From NCBI GenBank assembly GCA_964016885.1, contig OZ024746.1, positions 30,876,001-30,940,000 on the forward strand: DNA of 64,000 bases. The letters are read 5' to 3'. This document shows, piece by piece, positions 14,581-30,046 of the stretch (position 1 is its first letter; each line of letters opens with the position of its first letter). This DNA comes from Eledone cirrhosa. Taxonomy: Eukaryota. A program made the position numbers and the translations under genes. The notes under the pieces were generated by a model. The model ran no database searches. It had not been told where the DNA came from and saw nothing but the letters and a program-made list of their open reading frames with translations.

Positions 14581-15690
14581 GGCTGCGACATCTCTGGTGC
14601 TTCCTAGACAGTGAACAGGTGTGGTAGTCGTTTGTCAGACACGCTTTTCCTCACCTCGTCTCCTTGACGGAACTGCAGTCCTGGATCAGAAAAAGACCGA
14701 GGGATAGCGCTTGGAAGCTGGAATGTCTCCAAGCGCTCAACGCCCTCTACCAGCTGGGCACTGATATCGGTGGAACATCCACCTTAGCGTTCTATAGAGG
14801 GCTAGTGGAGGGGAAGAGCGACGACGTTCTCCGGGAGACCCTGGGCGTCGAAGACGATCAGCTGTTTGCTCTCTTCAAGAGAACTTTCAGCCCGGGACCT
14901 ATGGACAATTTCCAGAAATCCCTGGCCTGGCAGTGCTACCGGGGAGCGTTGCCGGTTCGGGATAAGCTCTACAGGCACGGAGGTGCTGTCAGCCGAGCCT
15001 GTCCGAGATGCGCGCAGGACCACGAAACCGTCCTGCACGCACTCGTTCAGTGCCCGAGGATTACTGACTTGTGGAGCTATGTCGAACAGCTGCTGTCACG
15101 TGTAGGACGGATGCGGTTATCGACTGAGTCCATTGTTCAGATAGCCCCGCCATCCTCCTTTAAAGAGGAGGAAAGGCAAGCAGTCTTCATCTGCCTGGTG
15201 GCCATGACGAAAGAGATTGTGTGGTGGACAAGGTTGAAAGTGTTGAAGACGGGCACTTTCCTCTCCGGTCAATCCCTGATTAACTTTTTCAAGTTTCACT
15301 TGAAGAGGAAAATCAGGGTGGAGAGGCAAGTGCTGTCTTCTAGTAAGTTTGTTGAAAGGTGGGTGAAAGTGGCGAGTCTGGTTCGAGTGAACGGGCCCGC
15401 TCTGAGTATGTGCCTGTAGACTGAGGAGTGGGAAAACTGAGAGAGGGCGCTTGCCCTGGTGGTCAGGGTGGCCGTGGTCTTTTGTGTGGTTTTCGCCACG
15501 AGTGTCCCTCGGAAGTTTTCTCCTTTTTGGGGGAATTTTTGTTGTTTGAATTTTTTTTATTTCTAGCCCAATTTTGTTATAACCTGTTTACACTACCAAA
15601 ACCCACTTTGTATCGTCCTGTATTGTTCTGTGCCGTCCCTAATGTTTTTCTTCGTCAGCCCTTATGGCCAATAAAGAAATCATTATTAAT
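14581..15690 (+). mobile_element. 5'-truncated Tx1-type LINE with (ATT)n tail
   Basis: ORF 14664-15419 aligns by eye with the C-terminus of ORF2 at 56548-59985 (shared FSPGPMDNFQKSLAWQCYRGALPVR, CPRC...H...C); 3' end ccaataaagaaatc-attatt. Confidence 0.9.
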
Positions 15691-16268
15691 ATTATTATTA
15701 TTATTAATATTATTATTATTATTGTTATTGTCGTCTGTTTATTGTTGTCGCCTCCGTTTGAACTGTTAATACGTCTCCAATAAACAAATGTATGAATGGT
15801 TGAGAGGGTCAGGGGCTAATCTGAATATTAAAGTAGTGGTGGGAGGGTCTGAGGCTAATTTAAATATTAAGGTGCAGCCAAGCTCCTAATACAACTATAC
15901 ACGTGCCGCCATTAATGTCTACACACGTGGCACTTCCGGTTGCGGCGTTTGAACAAATAAAGAACCAATTAAACAAGGTACTATCCCTCGCTCTCTCTGC
16001 CTGTGTGTGTGCATGTGAGTGTGTGAATGTGTGTGATTATGAATGAATGGTTATGAGTGTGTGTTTGCATTTTTGCGTATGTATATGTGTATGTATATAT
16101 GTGTGTGTGTGTGTGTATAGTTATACATGATGTCCTTTAATCAGCCATGTCTGCAGTCGTTTCTTTTTTTTTGTTTTTGTTTTTAGTGACAGAATTATTT
16201 CATATGTGATCTTATTAGACATGTTTACACACACACAATACACAGCACATACAGGCACACACACACAT

Positions 16269-16304
<36 letters not shown>

Positions 16305-16611
16305 ACTATATACAAACACAAGCAAGGTTAATTTATATATTCCTCTCTCCTCATCTTTTTTCCCCCTGTTCTTCCTCCTTTCCCTCTCTTTTTTTTTCTC
16401 TCCCCTTTTCCACCTGGCCTCTTGATTAATAAAAGGCCTCGGGCGCACCAGAAATACACAGATGTCCTGTAATTCAGCGCCGAAACATCGGATCGGGAAA
16501 CATTTACAGCTGACGATGGAAACTCCTTTCTTCCTTTCTCCTCTTGTTCCGTCCTAACCCTAACCCTAAACCTTGTTTTTAGTAACCACACAGCTCGTTT
16601 CGTTTCATATC

Positions 16612-17649
<1,038 letters not shown>

Positions 17650-17989
17650 TATATCTAAAATACTTGACTGAACACACACACCCATGCGCGCACACACGCA
17701 CACATGCACACACACACATACACACACAGAACACACACGCAACACACACATACACAAACAAACAAACAGACGCATACAAACCATCACACACACAAACATA
17801 TACATATATATGTGTGTGTGTGTGTGTGTGTAGATAAAGGAAACCTGATAGAGAGGTGGCTTGATTTCAGTTTCAAGTGAACATTACTCCATTAAACATC
17901 TGTGATGAGTGGATTAAATAACGGACACTTTGTTAACAACATGGCTGACATTGTAGCTTTAATGATGACGTTGACTTCATCATTGAGAT

Positions 17990-18022
17990 TCACTGTTTAG
18001 ATAGACATACGCCATCTTTCAC
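17990..18022 (-). CDS. Candidate terminal coding exon (VKDGVCLSKQ-stop in phase 0)
   Basis: Long pyrimidine tract ending in ttgtttccccag immediately upstream; unique sequence downstream; very short, no homology recognised. Confidence 0.25.
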   Translation of the reverse strand: MKDGVCLSKQ

Positions 18023-18095
18023 CTGGGGAAACAAGAAAAATATAGAAAGAAAACAGAGAAAAACACAATCTCATCTTTCTCTCTCCGCCTCTCTT

Positions 18096-18392
<297 letters not shown>

Positions 18393-18394
18393 GA

Positions 18395-19282
<888 letters not shown>

Positions 19283-19464
19283 GACACATATATATATATA
19301 TATATATACACCTATACACACACGACTATATCCATCCTTTATATACAACTGATGTCTGTTAACGATGTTTCAACGTTAGGAAATCTGAGATGATAGATTA
19401 AAAAAACCTTCCATACTCTTCTAATATGTCTCTATATGTTTCTATATGTCTATATCTATCTATT

Positions 19465-19860
19465 ATTTTTTCAAATACCACTTTGGAAGAAGAATCAGGA
19501 TGGAGAGAGAGAGGTGCTGTACCCCAGCAAGTTTTATGAAAGGTGGGTGAAAGTGGCGAGAATGGCCCGAGTGAATGGGCCTTCTCTCTATATCAGCCTG
19601 TAGGTTGAGGAAAAGGAGAAGGAGAGGAAAGGAGTACAAGCTCTTCGTACTCCTGGAGATGAGGGTTGCACATTTTTTTTTCCGGGGGTATGTGTTACCC
19701 GTATAAACTGTCTCCCTCTATTTGGGAAAATCGACTAACTTTTTAAATTCCATTTGTGATAACATTTTACACGTTTTTATTGTATGTAAACTTCCCCCTT
19801 TGTATTTGTCCCCTTCTTTTGTGCCCCTGTGGCTAATAAAGAAATATATCTATCTATCTA
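19465..19860 (+). mobile_element. Tx1-type LINE 3' fragment in (TATC)n
   Basis: Encodes ...RIRMEREVLYPSKFYERWVKVARMARVNGPSLYISL-stop; tail aataaagaaatatatctatc. Confidence 0.9.
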
Positions 19861-20104
19861 TCTTTCTATCTATCTATATATCTATCTATCTCTATTTACC
19901 TCTCTCTCTCTCTCTCTCTCTCATTATATATATATATATATATATATATATGGGGGGGGGGTGCTGCGTCTGTATATGAATGTCTGTGAATATATGTGTC
20001 TTTGTGTGAATGTGTAAGTATATATGTCTGTATTTTTAATCACTTAATACACCTATTATATATTCATTGCATTAATAGCCCACTCCTCTCCTCCACCGCC
20101 ACTC

Positions 20105-20295
20105 TCTGGATTGGCAGTATCGGTAGAGCGCCAGACACCATGCTTTGCAGCATAGAGTTATGGCCCTTTGCGTTCTGAGTTCAAATCCCGCCGAGGTTAA
20201 CTTTGCCTTTCATCCTTTCGAGGTCGATAAAATAAAGTACCAGTGATGCACTGGGGGTAATCGCTGGCCTTGTGCCAAAAGTAGAAACTCTATTA
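20105..20295 (+). mobile_element. tRNA-derived SINE (3440 family)
   Basis: Matches 3440-3630. Confidence 0.85.
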
Positions 20296-20427
20296 CTAAC
20301 CCACACTACCTCTCAATGTTCCACTACCTTTTCTCTCTATTTCTCCTTTTTTTTCTTTTCTATCTCTCTGGATCTATCTATCTATCAATCTATCTATCTG
20401 TCTGTCTATCTATTATCTATTTATCTA

Positions 20428-20695
20428 TCTGTAGGTTGAGGAAGAGAGCAAAAGGAAGAAAGGAGCACTTGCACAACACGCTCCTCGAGTTGAGGGTTGT
20501 TCTATCGACGGGGTATTAAACAACCCATTTGTGGCGCCTCCCCCCTATTGGGGATTTCGATTGTTGAAATTGTTTGTTTTTATATTTTTTACACGACTGT
20601 ATGTAAAATCCCCGGCATGTCTTTGTATTGTCCCCTTTTCTTGTTGCGCCCTTGTGGCTAATAAAGAAATCTATCTATTATCTATTTATCTATCT
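20428..20695 (+). mobile_element. Tx1-type LINE 3' UTR fragment in (TATC)n
   Basis: Nearly identical to 36520-36770; (tcta)n on both sides. Confidence 0.85.
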
Positions 20696-20884
20696 GTAAA
20701 TCGGCCACTAAATATGTAAACAATCTATGTTTTAGAACCGTTGAGCGATAGGAAATTTTGAATTTGTAAGTTAAAAACTTCAATGTAGGTTTGTTTTGTG
20801 TTTTTTTGTTTAGGAGAGGGGGCCTATGAAAAATAGCCTAACCACCATCATCATCAATCGAACATTCTTGACAAAGTTACTCCA

Positions 20885-21540
20885 CAATTCCCAATTTTCC
20901 ATTTCTCCTGGCAACTGCTCCCTACTGAGGTTTGATCGTCTTAGAGTTGACCGATAAGGTTCAGACAGGTCTTCTCCAGTGTCATCCTTGAGTTCGTTCC
21001 CACAATAGTAGCTTGTGTATAACTTCCTGCTTACTTCTCCGGTAATGTCCTGCAAATCGTAAACTGTCTTTGAGCAATTGTAGTGGTTATCTTGGGCAAG
21101 TTTCCGTATAAAAATTAATTTGTAATACGATAATGCCAGTTAATGTTTTGTACAACCCTAAGCATTTTAAAGTATGCACCATCTTTTCAAGTACTTGTGT
21201 CAAGCCATGTACCTGCTCCATACAATCCATACAACAACACTGACTCAGCAGATGTTCTGAAGAAGAATTTTTTTTGCAGCCCAGACTTTAGAAATTCTAA
21301 TGTCAATGTCCTTTTTTGATCAATTCACCTAGCTGCCCAAATATAGAAAAACATCAACTCGATTTAGTATTCCGCCATTCAGTGTGACAAGATTTCCATC
21401 TTCTCGGTGACATGTACTCTGTCTTGGTAACATTTATGTGTAGACCAATATTCCTGACAGAGAATTCGATTTTATGAAGAAGTTATTGAGCATGATCATT
21501 GGTATTTGATAACAGAGCTATGTCATCAGCAAAATCTCAC
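20885..21540 (-). pseudogene. Degenerate non-LTR reverse transcriptase (RTE-like) remnant
   Basis: Minus strand DFADDIALLS...IGLHINVTKTEYM...FLYLGS with stops and frameshifts. Confidence 0.8.
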
Positions 21541-21831
21541 ACTAGTCATACGTGTATCTGTTCTCTCCTTATCCGAACTTTTCTAAAGAAGGACTTCTGT
21601 CCAAAACATTGAAACCTCCTCCACTTCCACCAAGCGTGAATGGACTTCCACCAAGAAGATAATGATGATGTTGATAATAATTTTGTTTTGACTAAACTGG
21701 CCAGTAACTAAGCTTCAAATCTGTTACAGTCGAACTGTGCCAATGACCAGGTGGCAAAGAGTGCGACGAAAATGAAAATATAGTATAATATAATTGTTTC
21801 TACTTTTGACACAAGGCCAGCAATTACCCCA

Positions 21832-21887
<56 letters not shown>

Positions 21888-22091
21888 GAGAGAGAGAGCG
21901 AGAATTAACAGAGGTGTATGTAGAGGCGTATACGATAGGTTTACGTATAATGCGTGTATATATGGATATATATGGTTCGTGGCAAGATTATATGTTTATA
22001 TATAAACATATGGTATATATCTCCATATGTACCTCTATGATGAATCACGCTATGTTAGTGGTAGTGCTAACATAAATAAATAAATATATAA

Positions 22092-22161
<70 letters not shown>

Positions 22162-22647
22162 ATACACCCACAGAGAAAAAGATAAACACGAACACGAACA
22201 GACACATAGAGAAAGAAAGAGAAAGAGAGAGAGGGGGGGAGGAATAAATAGATAAATAGAGAGGGGGGAGTGATGGACAGAGAGAGGGAGAGAGGGAGAG
22301 AGTAGAGAGACTGAGTGAGAGACATAGATACCATTTACCCACCTAGAATATTCAGCAATTACCTTAATTGATGTGAAATGATCTAATCGTGTAATTAGCC
22401 CAATTAGAAATTATTCATCATTATCTACCATATATTTGTCTCCCACATTCTCTTCTCTCACTTTTCTTTCTCTCATCCTCTCTCTTTCTCTCTCTCTCAT
22501 CCTCTCTCTCTCTCTCTCTCTCATTCTCTCTCTTTCTTTCTTTCTCTCTCTCATTCTCTCTCGTTCATTCTTCCTCTTTCTTTATTTCTCTCTCGCTCTG
22601 CATCCATGTATATCTATCTATCTAACTATCTCTCATATATATATCTA

Positions 22648-22718
<71 letters not shown>

Positions 22719-22743
22719 ATATATATATATATATATATATGTC

Positions 22744-22781
<38 letters not shown>

Positions 22782-22859
22782 GTGTGTATGTATAAGAATG
22801 TGTGCACTTGTGTGTACATGTGTCTGTCTCCATTGACATATCTATTACACCGACAGCCT

Positions 22860-22918
<59 letters not shown>

Positions 22919-22920
<2 letters not shown>

Positions 22921-23114
22921 CGAAGGCAATGTGGAAACGAACCAGGTGGACCATATCGCACCAAAGTACTCAATACTTAGGGTAGTAGAGTGGGTAATAG
23001 GAACGAGTAGGACCCTGACGGCTGAGCTCAAGCCGTTTCGACGGCTAATTCTGGACTTCCAGAATTAGCCGTCGAAACGGCTTGAGCTCAGCCGTCGGGG
23101 TCCTACTCGTTCCT
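22919..23114. mobile_element. Family H fold-back element
   Basis: Palindrome centred near 23057; each arm reads GAAA-CGGCT-tgagctc-AGCCG-TC; (TA)n flanks. Confidence 0.8.
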
Positions 23115-23136
23115 ATATATATATATATATATATAT

Positions 23137-23318
23137 TTGGCAGTATCGGTAGGGGGTTCGACGACATACTTTTCAACATAGTTACGCCCCTTTACGAACT
23201 GAGTTCAAATCCCGCCGAGGTTAACTTTGCCTTTCATCATTACGTGGTCGATAAAATAAAGTACCAGTAATGTACTGGGATAATTGCTGGCCTTGTGCCA
23301 AAAAGTAGAAACAATTAT
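23137..23318 (+). mobile_element. tRNA-derived SINE (3440 family)
   Basis: Matches 3440-3630. Confidence 0.85.
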
Positions 23319-23319
23319 C

Positions 23320-23369
<50 letters not shown>

Positions 23370-23392
23370 GTGTGTGTGTGTGTGTATATATG

Positions 23393-23423
<31 letters not shown>

Positions 23424-23467
23424 ATATATATTATATATATTATATATAATATATATAATATATATAA

Positions 23468-23549
<82 letters not shown>

Positions 23550-23578
23550 TATAATATATATATATTATATATATATAT

Positions 23579-23635
<57 letters not shown>

Positions 23636-23876
23636 CTAGGGAGTGTAACTTGGAGTTACTGCAGGTTCACCCGGGAGAGCACTCGATGTTTAGGTTCACT
23701 TCTGTGTTGAGGTGTAGAGCTAGACAGAGTGTAATATATTGAAAGGATAACAAGGACGATTGGTTACTCCTTCATTACATTTATTGGTAGGTGACGCGCG
23801 TTTCGCCACTGATCAGCTCAAGGTTCGATCTGTATCGATCTTACCCAACTCCATAATCGGCAGCTCGACGGACCCT
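23636..23876 (-). mobile_element. (TA)n-embedded element with HHR 3' half GAAA-CGCGCG-TC (23793-23804, minus)
   Basis: Related pieces at 8017-8122 and 51803-51952. Confidence 0.55.
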
Positions 23877-23893
23877 TATATATATATAAGATA

Positions 23894-24016
<123 letters not shown>

Positions 24017-24170
24017 TTATATATATATATATGATATATATATATAGTAATAACAATAATCGTTTCTACTTTTGGCACAAGGCCAGCAAATACCGAGTAC
24101 ATTACTGGTACTTTAGAAGATCCTGTTAAGGGTGAAAGCACCGATTCTCTGCTTAAACTTTAATCTGTTA

Positions 24171-24248
<78 letters not shown>

Positions 24249-24252
<4 letters not shown>

Positions 24253-24458
24253 CGTAGGTCCCGGGTTGAGTCGGGGATAACCACAGTAAGTAAGGTACTC
24301 AATACATGGCAGAGTAAAATTTTTTTATTTTATAGAAGGAGCTTCTACAGGACTAGTACTGTTTCATTCAGATGAAATCTTCAGTGAGCTTCCTGAAGAT
24401 TTCATCTGAATGAAACAGTACTAGTCCTGTAGAAGCTCCTTCTATAAAATAAAAAAAT
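24249..24458. mobile_element. Fold-back element with HHR-like core (family K)
   Basis: Palindrome centred near 24388; CTGAAGA 24393-24399, ttca-tc-tgaa, GAAA 24412-24415, GTC 24424-24426; the 5' strand of stem I is lost at the fold-back. Confidence 0.7.
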
Positions 24459-24470
24459 ATATATATAAAT

Positions 24471-24513
<43 letters not shown>

Positions 24514-24722
24514 TATATATATAATATATGCAAAAGTTTTATTTAAAATTGTTGGGTTACAACGAATAAATATTTTATAACTGATATAAAGCACTCAACA
24601 AGTTTTGGAGTAGATAACACTAAATATTTACAAACATTTCACTACCAAACCAACTTTTTTAAATGGAAGTTGAACAATATTCATGGTACGTCAAATTTAT
24701 TTATAAAACTGCTTATATATTG

Positions 24723-24788
24723 TATTTTATCTGAAGAAGGCATGCCATATTTCTAATATGGTATCCCTGAAATATGTATAATGAAATA
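24723..24788 (+). ncRNA. Type I hammerhead ribozyme (family J variant, in element 24529-24830)
   Basis: Stem I tattttat/atgaaata; CTGAAGA; stem II atgccatatt-tct-aatatggtat; GAAA; TATGTA-TA. Confidence 0.8.
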
Positions 24789-24829
24789 AATATGGTTTTA
24801 TAAATATAGTTTCCATTTGTTTAATATCG

Positions 24830-24871
<42 letters not shown>

Positions 24872-24912
24872 TATATATATATGTATGTATATATATATAT
24901 ATATATATATAT

Positions 24913-25108
24913 AACGAAGGAAATGTGGTAAGGAACCAGGTGGACCATAACGCACCAAAGTACTCAATACTTGAGGTAGTAGAGTGGGTAATAGGAACCA
25001 GTAAGACCCCGACAGCTGAGCTCAAGCCGTTTCGACGGCTAATTCTGGACTCAGTCCAGAATTAGCCGTCGAAACGGCTTGAGCTCAGCTGTCGGGGTCT
25101 TACTGGTT

Positions 25109-25112
<4 letters not shown>
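24913..25112. mobile_element. Family H fold-back element
   Basis: Palindrome centred near 25052. Confidence 0.8.
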
Positions 25113-25186
<74 letters not shown>

Positions 25187-25926
25187 TATAGTTGTCTGTG
25201 CGTGTGTATGTGTGTGTGTGTGTGTGCTACTACCCCATCCACACACACACTTATAAATGGGATGGCCAAGGACATATGTATAGAACTGCACTACTGCACA
25301 TAACAGCAGTAGTTTCTAGCTTGTGCAACAACAGAACACCAGCACCAGCACTACCACCAACGCCAACGCCAACACAATACTGCCATCAACACCACCACTA
25401 TCACCACCACCACCACTACTAACTCTGGACCACAACCACCACCACTATCATCACCATCACTACCACTACCACAACTACTACCACAATCAACACGGCTGGC
25501 GCCAATAGACATGACTATATATCAAAATGACATGTAACGTTATTAATCACGTCAGTATATATATACATATATACACAAAGAGGGAGGGGATGGGAGGGAA
25601 GAAGAAGAGAGAGGGAAGGGAGTGAGAGAGAGTGAGAAAATAAGGGTAGAAGGGAGGGTAGAATTTAGAAGATTGAAGATTATTTGAAAGTGTTTTAATG
25701 TAAGTCTGGGCTGTGATTGGTTTGATAGAGAGTTGGTTATATTCTAGAATATATAGCTACCTTATTAGAGAGAAGGGTTTAGGGATAGATAAAATTGTCT
25801 TGAAGGAGATAGTACGGTCTTGAAGGGGACAGACTTGTCTTGAAGGGGTCAGAATGGTGAATGTGTTAAGAGCCACGTACATGTTCACTCGTATTGCACT
25901 AAGATGGTAATCACGTAACTGTATGA

Positions 25927-26013
25927 GCATCTGATGATGTAACATGGGGGGTTGCTAATCATGTAATCATTGCATGATTACTGGACACCATGTCATTGAA
26001 ATATATATTATGC
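25927..26013 (+). ncRNA. Type I hammerhead ribozyme near the end of element 25575-26060
   Basis: Stem I gcat/atgc; CTGATGA 25931-25937; extended stem II acatgg...taatcatgtaa-tca-ttgcatgatta...ccatgt; GAAA 25998-26001; palindrome ATATATAT; AUU. Confidence 0.75.
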
Positions 26014-26057
26014 AATAAAACAATTATGTAAACGTAATTTTGTCTTAACACAATTTC

Positions 26058-26091
<34 letters not shown>

Positions 26092-26097
<6 letters not shown>

Positions 26098-26532
26098 TCT
26101 GAATTTGTTTAGCAAGATTCTTTATCTGAAAACGTGTGTTGAAACCGATATTGTTATACTTTGGGAGGGTCATGTTGCCAATAAGAAACACACGCACCAG
26201 TTGCTTTCACTCCAATTTATTATAATAAATTTATAAATTTAGGAATTTATAAATTTCCGGTTGGTTGGTTGGTTGGTTGGTTCCACAACCAGATGGTTGT
26301 TTATATATTGTCAAAGTTCTTTCGTCACACATTCTGTGACCTCTTCAGTGAGTGGGGATTCTTTTCTTTGTTTTTTGTTTTTTTGTGCCTCTCCTTTGTT
26401 CTGTCCTACGCCATCTTGTTTTTGTGTGTGTGTTGTGTGCTTAGTTTGCGCATGTAAATTTATTATAATAAATTGAAGTGAAAGCAACTGGTGCGTGTGT
26501 TTCTTATTGGCAACATGACCCTCCCAAAGTAT

Positions 26533-26540
<8 letters not shown>
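26092..26540 (-). mobile_element. Family C element, second copy, with a shorter inverted arm
   Basis: Near identical to 4312-4630; HHR-like motif on the minus strand at about 26310-26352. Confidence 0.8.
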
Positions 26541-26566
<26 letters not shown>

Positions 26567-26697
26567 CAACCACCAACTTTTAGCTATTGCTAATGATTGT
26601 ATGACGATCTGATGAAGCCACATGCATAACCATGTCAAAGAAATTTGTATATCATGCAATTAAGCAATTATGTTAAAATTACCGCGACAACTTTTAA

Positions 26698-26856
<159 letters not shown>

Positions 26857-26875
26857 AAATGTATGTATATATATT

Positions 26876-26963
<88 letters not shown>

Positions 26964-26982
26964 ATGTATATGTATATATATT

Positions 26983-27035
<53 letters not shown>

Positions 27036-27527
27036 ATGTATGTATATATTATATACTGGGTTTATGACATAAATGGCGTCCTTTCTGTTTTATCGCTCAA
27101 TGACTATTAGCTCAGAAGTTCGAGAAAAAGAGGTTGCTAAAATAAGTATATTAGGTACTGTATACAATGTTACAGCATGGGCGCAGTCCGGTGACTGGAA
27201 GTAGTATAAGAATCAAAGAATCAAAAATTCAAATAATATATTGTAGTGGCTAAAGATGGACTAAAATTATTGAAGGTGTTGCCCTAGCTGTCCAATGTCC
27301 GAACATTTTGACCACTGGTCCTATAACTCCTTATGGACTCACAGAGATGTTATGGACAATATAAACTGATGGTCTGGATTTCTGCCAGAGTGAGAGAAAA
27401 AGAGAGAGAGAGATGGAGGGGGACAGAGACAGAGACAGGGGAGACAGAGAGATAAGGAGGGAGAGAGGAGGGGGTGAGAGAGACAGAGAGGTAGACAGAA
27501 AGGTAGAGAGAGAGGGAAGGAGTGAGT

Positions 27528-27592
<65 letters not shown>

Positions 27593-28269
27593 GTAGACAG
27601 TGAGACAGAAAGAGACAGAAGGAGGGAGAGACAGAGTGGGTGTGAGGAGAGAGAGAGACAGTGAAATGATGAAAGGGAACAGAAAGGGAGAGAGAGAGAG
27701 AGGGAAGAAGTGAGTGACAGAGAGAGGGGTAGACAGAGAGACAGAGGGAGGGAGAGACAGAGTGGGGAGTGAGGAAAACACAGTGAGAGAGAGGGAGAGG
27801 CAGTGAAATGATGAAAGGGAAAGTTGACCGCTTCGGGATTTGAACTGAGAACTACCGAGACTCATCATGAGTACCACAAACAGTCCTCCCCGCCGCCGCC
27901 CCAACACCTGCTGAATGTAACAAAGGAACAAAAAGATGTATATTTATATATTTTACATAAATTTCATCCTTCAGCACCTATTTTCTAAAGCCGTTGCCAT
28001 AGTTAAATGTTTTTTTTTTTATTTTCTTTTAAATTCATGAAAAGCTGTTGCACAAATGACAACAAAATCCGTTTCCAAATATATGCAAATATATGCATAT
28101 ATATGCATATGTCTAAATATGTGTTTATATCTGTGCTTATATCTCATCGGAATAATCAATCACAACAATATAGAGCAGTGATAAGTAACTTATCATTACT
28201 TTTTTTTTTTTGTAATGGCCTACTTTTGATTTTTTTTTTATTCGCTTATGACCAGCTTCTATATTATAT

Positions 28270-28860
28270 CAAATCTTATGTAGAAACATTTGAAGAGATC
28301 TGAGACCCACAGACAATACCTCCATGCTCCACAGGTATATTATATCAAATCTTATATATAAATATTTGAAAAGGTAGGAGGCCAACAGAAAAGAAAACAG
28401 AAGCCTACATGTTGTCTAACCTCTTCGTGTCGAGTTTTGTACTGTACTATACCGATGTCAAAGATACCGGAAAAGTGTGTGTGTATGTGTGTGTGTGAGT
28501 ATGTGTGTGTGTGTGTTTGTGTGTGTGCGTTTGTGTGTGTGTGTGCGTGTGTGTGCGTGTGTGTGTGTGTGTGCGTGTGCGCGCGCGTGTGTGTGTGTGT
28601 GTGATACCTGAAAAGTGTGTGTGTGTGTGTGAGTGTGGCTATAGAATATACAAACCAGTTCAGCCCTATCAATACCAAATATGCCACAAGATCTGCAAAT
28701 CTCAAGGAGGTCTAAAGAGACATTTCAAGATTCTTCAAGATACACATGCAATCCAAGCTGCACCAAAACTAATATGCAATTTATGTGGACGGCTTTTGTA
28801 AAGTATGTCTGGTCTAAAAAGCAACATGAGGTCTCATGCCAGAACTAAGCGTCATGTACA
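28270..28860 (+). pseudogene. Probable RTE-type LINE 3' end with two degenerate C2H2-like fingers, split by (TG)n
   Basis: YQICHKICKSQGGLKRH...CNLCGRLL*SMSGLKSNMRSH; in-frame stop. Confidence 0.5.
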
Positions 28861-28906
28861 CTGACTAGTACTTGCTCTATTGTGACTACAACTTCGATTC
28901 ATACCC

Positions 28907-28988
<82 letters not shown>

Positions 28989-29180
28989 GGGTATGAATCG
29001 AAGTTGAAGCCACAATAGAGCAGGTACTAATCGAGTTCTAAGAGGCAACCACAAAGCACTCATTGGAGCGAGAAGTTAAACATTATCGTCCAGAGTAACA
29101 CAAGGGTTAATAAAGTGTGACACCAATAAAAAAGGACTGAAGGCAGTGGGCAAACGTATACCACAACGACGATAAATTGA

Positions 29181-29225
<45 letters not shown>

Positions 29226-29491
29226 TTCAAGAGTAACCAATCTTAAAGAGAGAGATGGAGATAGTAGAGGAGAAATGAGAGGAGAGATTGGTGAGTTAGT
29301 TAGAAGCCAAAGCGTAAAGGCATGTGCTCAATATGCAATATGCAGTAGAAAGCAGATCTCACACAATGCAGCCTCGACAGATGAATACTGCTTGATTATG
29401 GCTGACAGCTGATGCAACCAAGACACCATAGTAAAAACCAATATATGGAACATTATATTATGTAACATTATTTTAATTTATATTCCTTTGA

Positions 29492-29612
29492 GTTCCGATG
29501 AGCCACTCTGTTTTTTTAAATATGTTAATTATTTTCAACTGAACCAGATCAATTATGATATATAGTCATCTGATCCAGAAATATTATATGGAGTAGCGAA
29601 ACAATTGTAAAC
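29492..29612 (+). ncRNA. Hammerhead ribozyme variant (U4C) in element 29221-29735
   Basis: Stem I gtt/aac; CCGATGA; stem II gccactct...ggagtagc; GAAA 29598-29601; palindrome ACAATTGT; GUA. Confidence 0.65.
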
Positions 29613-29739
29613 GGACATTATTATTATTAATATATTATTATTATTATTCTCTACATTCCTTACATCAAACTAAAATATGTTGACAATCTTTTAATAATGT
29701 CTTCCTTGTGAAGTTTGTGGTCTTGTTTTGCTTAACTAA

Positions 29740-29789
<50 letters not shown>

Positions 29790-29853
29790 TATAAAGACAT
29801 TTTTTCAAATTCCATCCCGCCCGTCCCCTCAATCTATTTTATTTCTCATTCTT

Positions 29854-29889
29854 TCTTCTGTCGAAGGACTAGCGTCCGAAACGTTAAGA
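29854..29889 (+). ncRNA. Degenerate minimal hammerhead (same family as 38757)
   Basis: tctt-CTGTCGA-a-ggac-tagc-gtcc-GAAA-CG-TT-aaga; core A6 is mutated. Confidence 0.55.
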
Positions 29890-29974
29890 CCCTCTTCCTG
29901 CTATATCAAGCGTTAACCTAATATATCCCTTCCATATACTGTACCGATTGTGTTGTTATTTCTGTTTACGTTTT

Positions 29975-30046
<72 letters not shown>

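Noticed and set aside
16553-16572. (CCCTAA)n telomere-like repeat
   Set aside because: Only about three units; too short to call an interstitial telomere.
21578-21620. Decayed copy of the 38757 hammerhead family
   Set aside because: Core mutated (CTAAAGA, AAAA), so it is not called as a ribozyme.
26595-26660. HHR-like CTGATGA...GAAA
   Set aside because: Stem II base and the NUH/stem I register do not fit; at best a decayed relative of 25927-26013.
28633-28850. Host C2H2 zinc-finger gene
   Set aside because: In-frame stop, missing ligands and no TGEKP linkers; better explained as a LINE 3' remnant.
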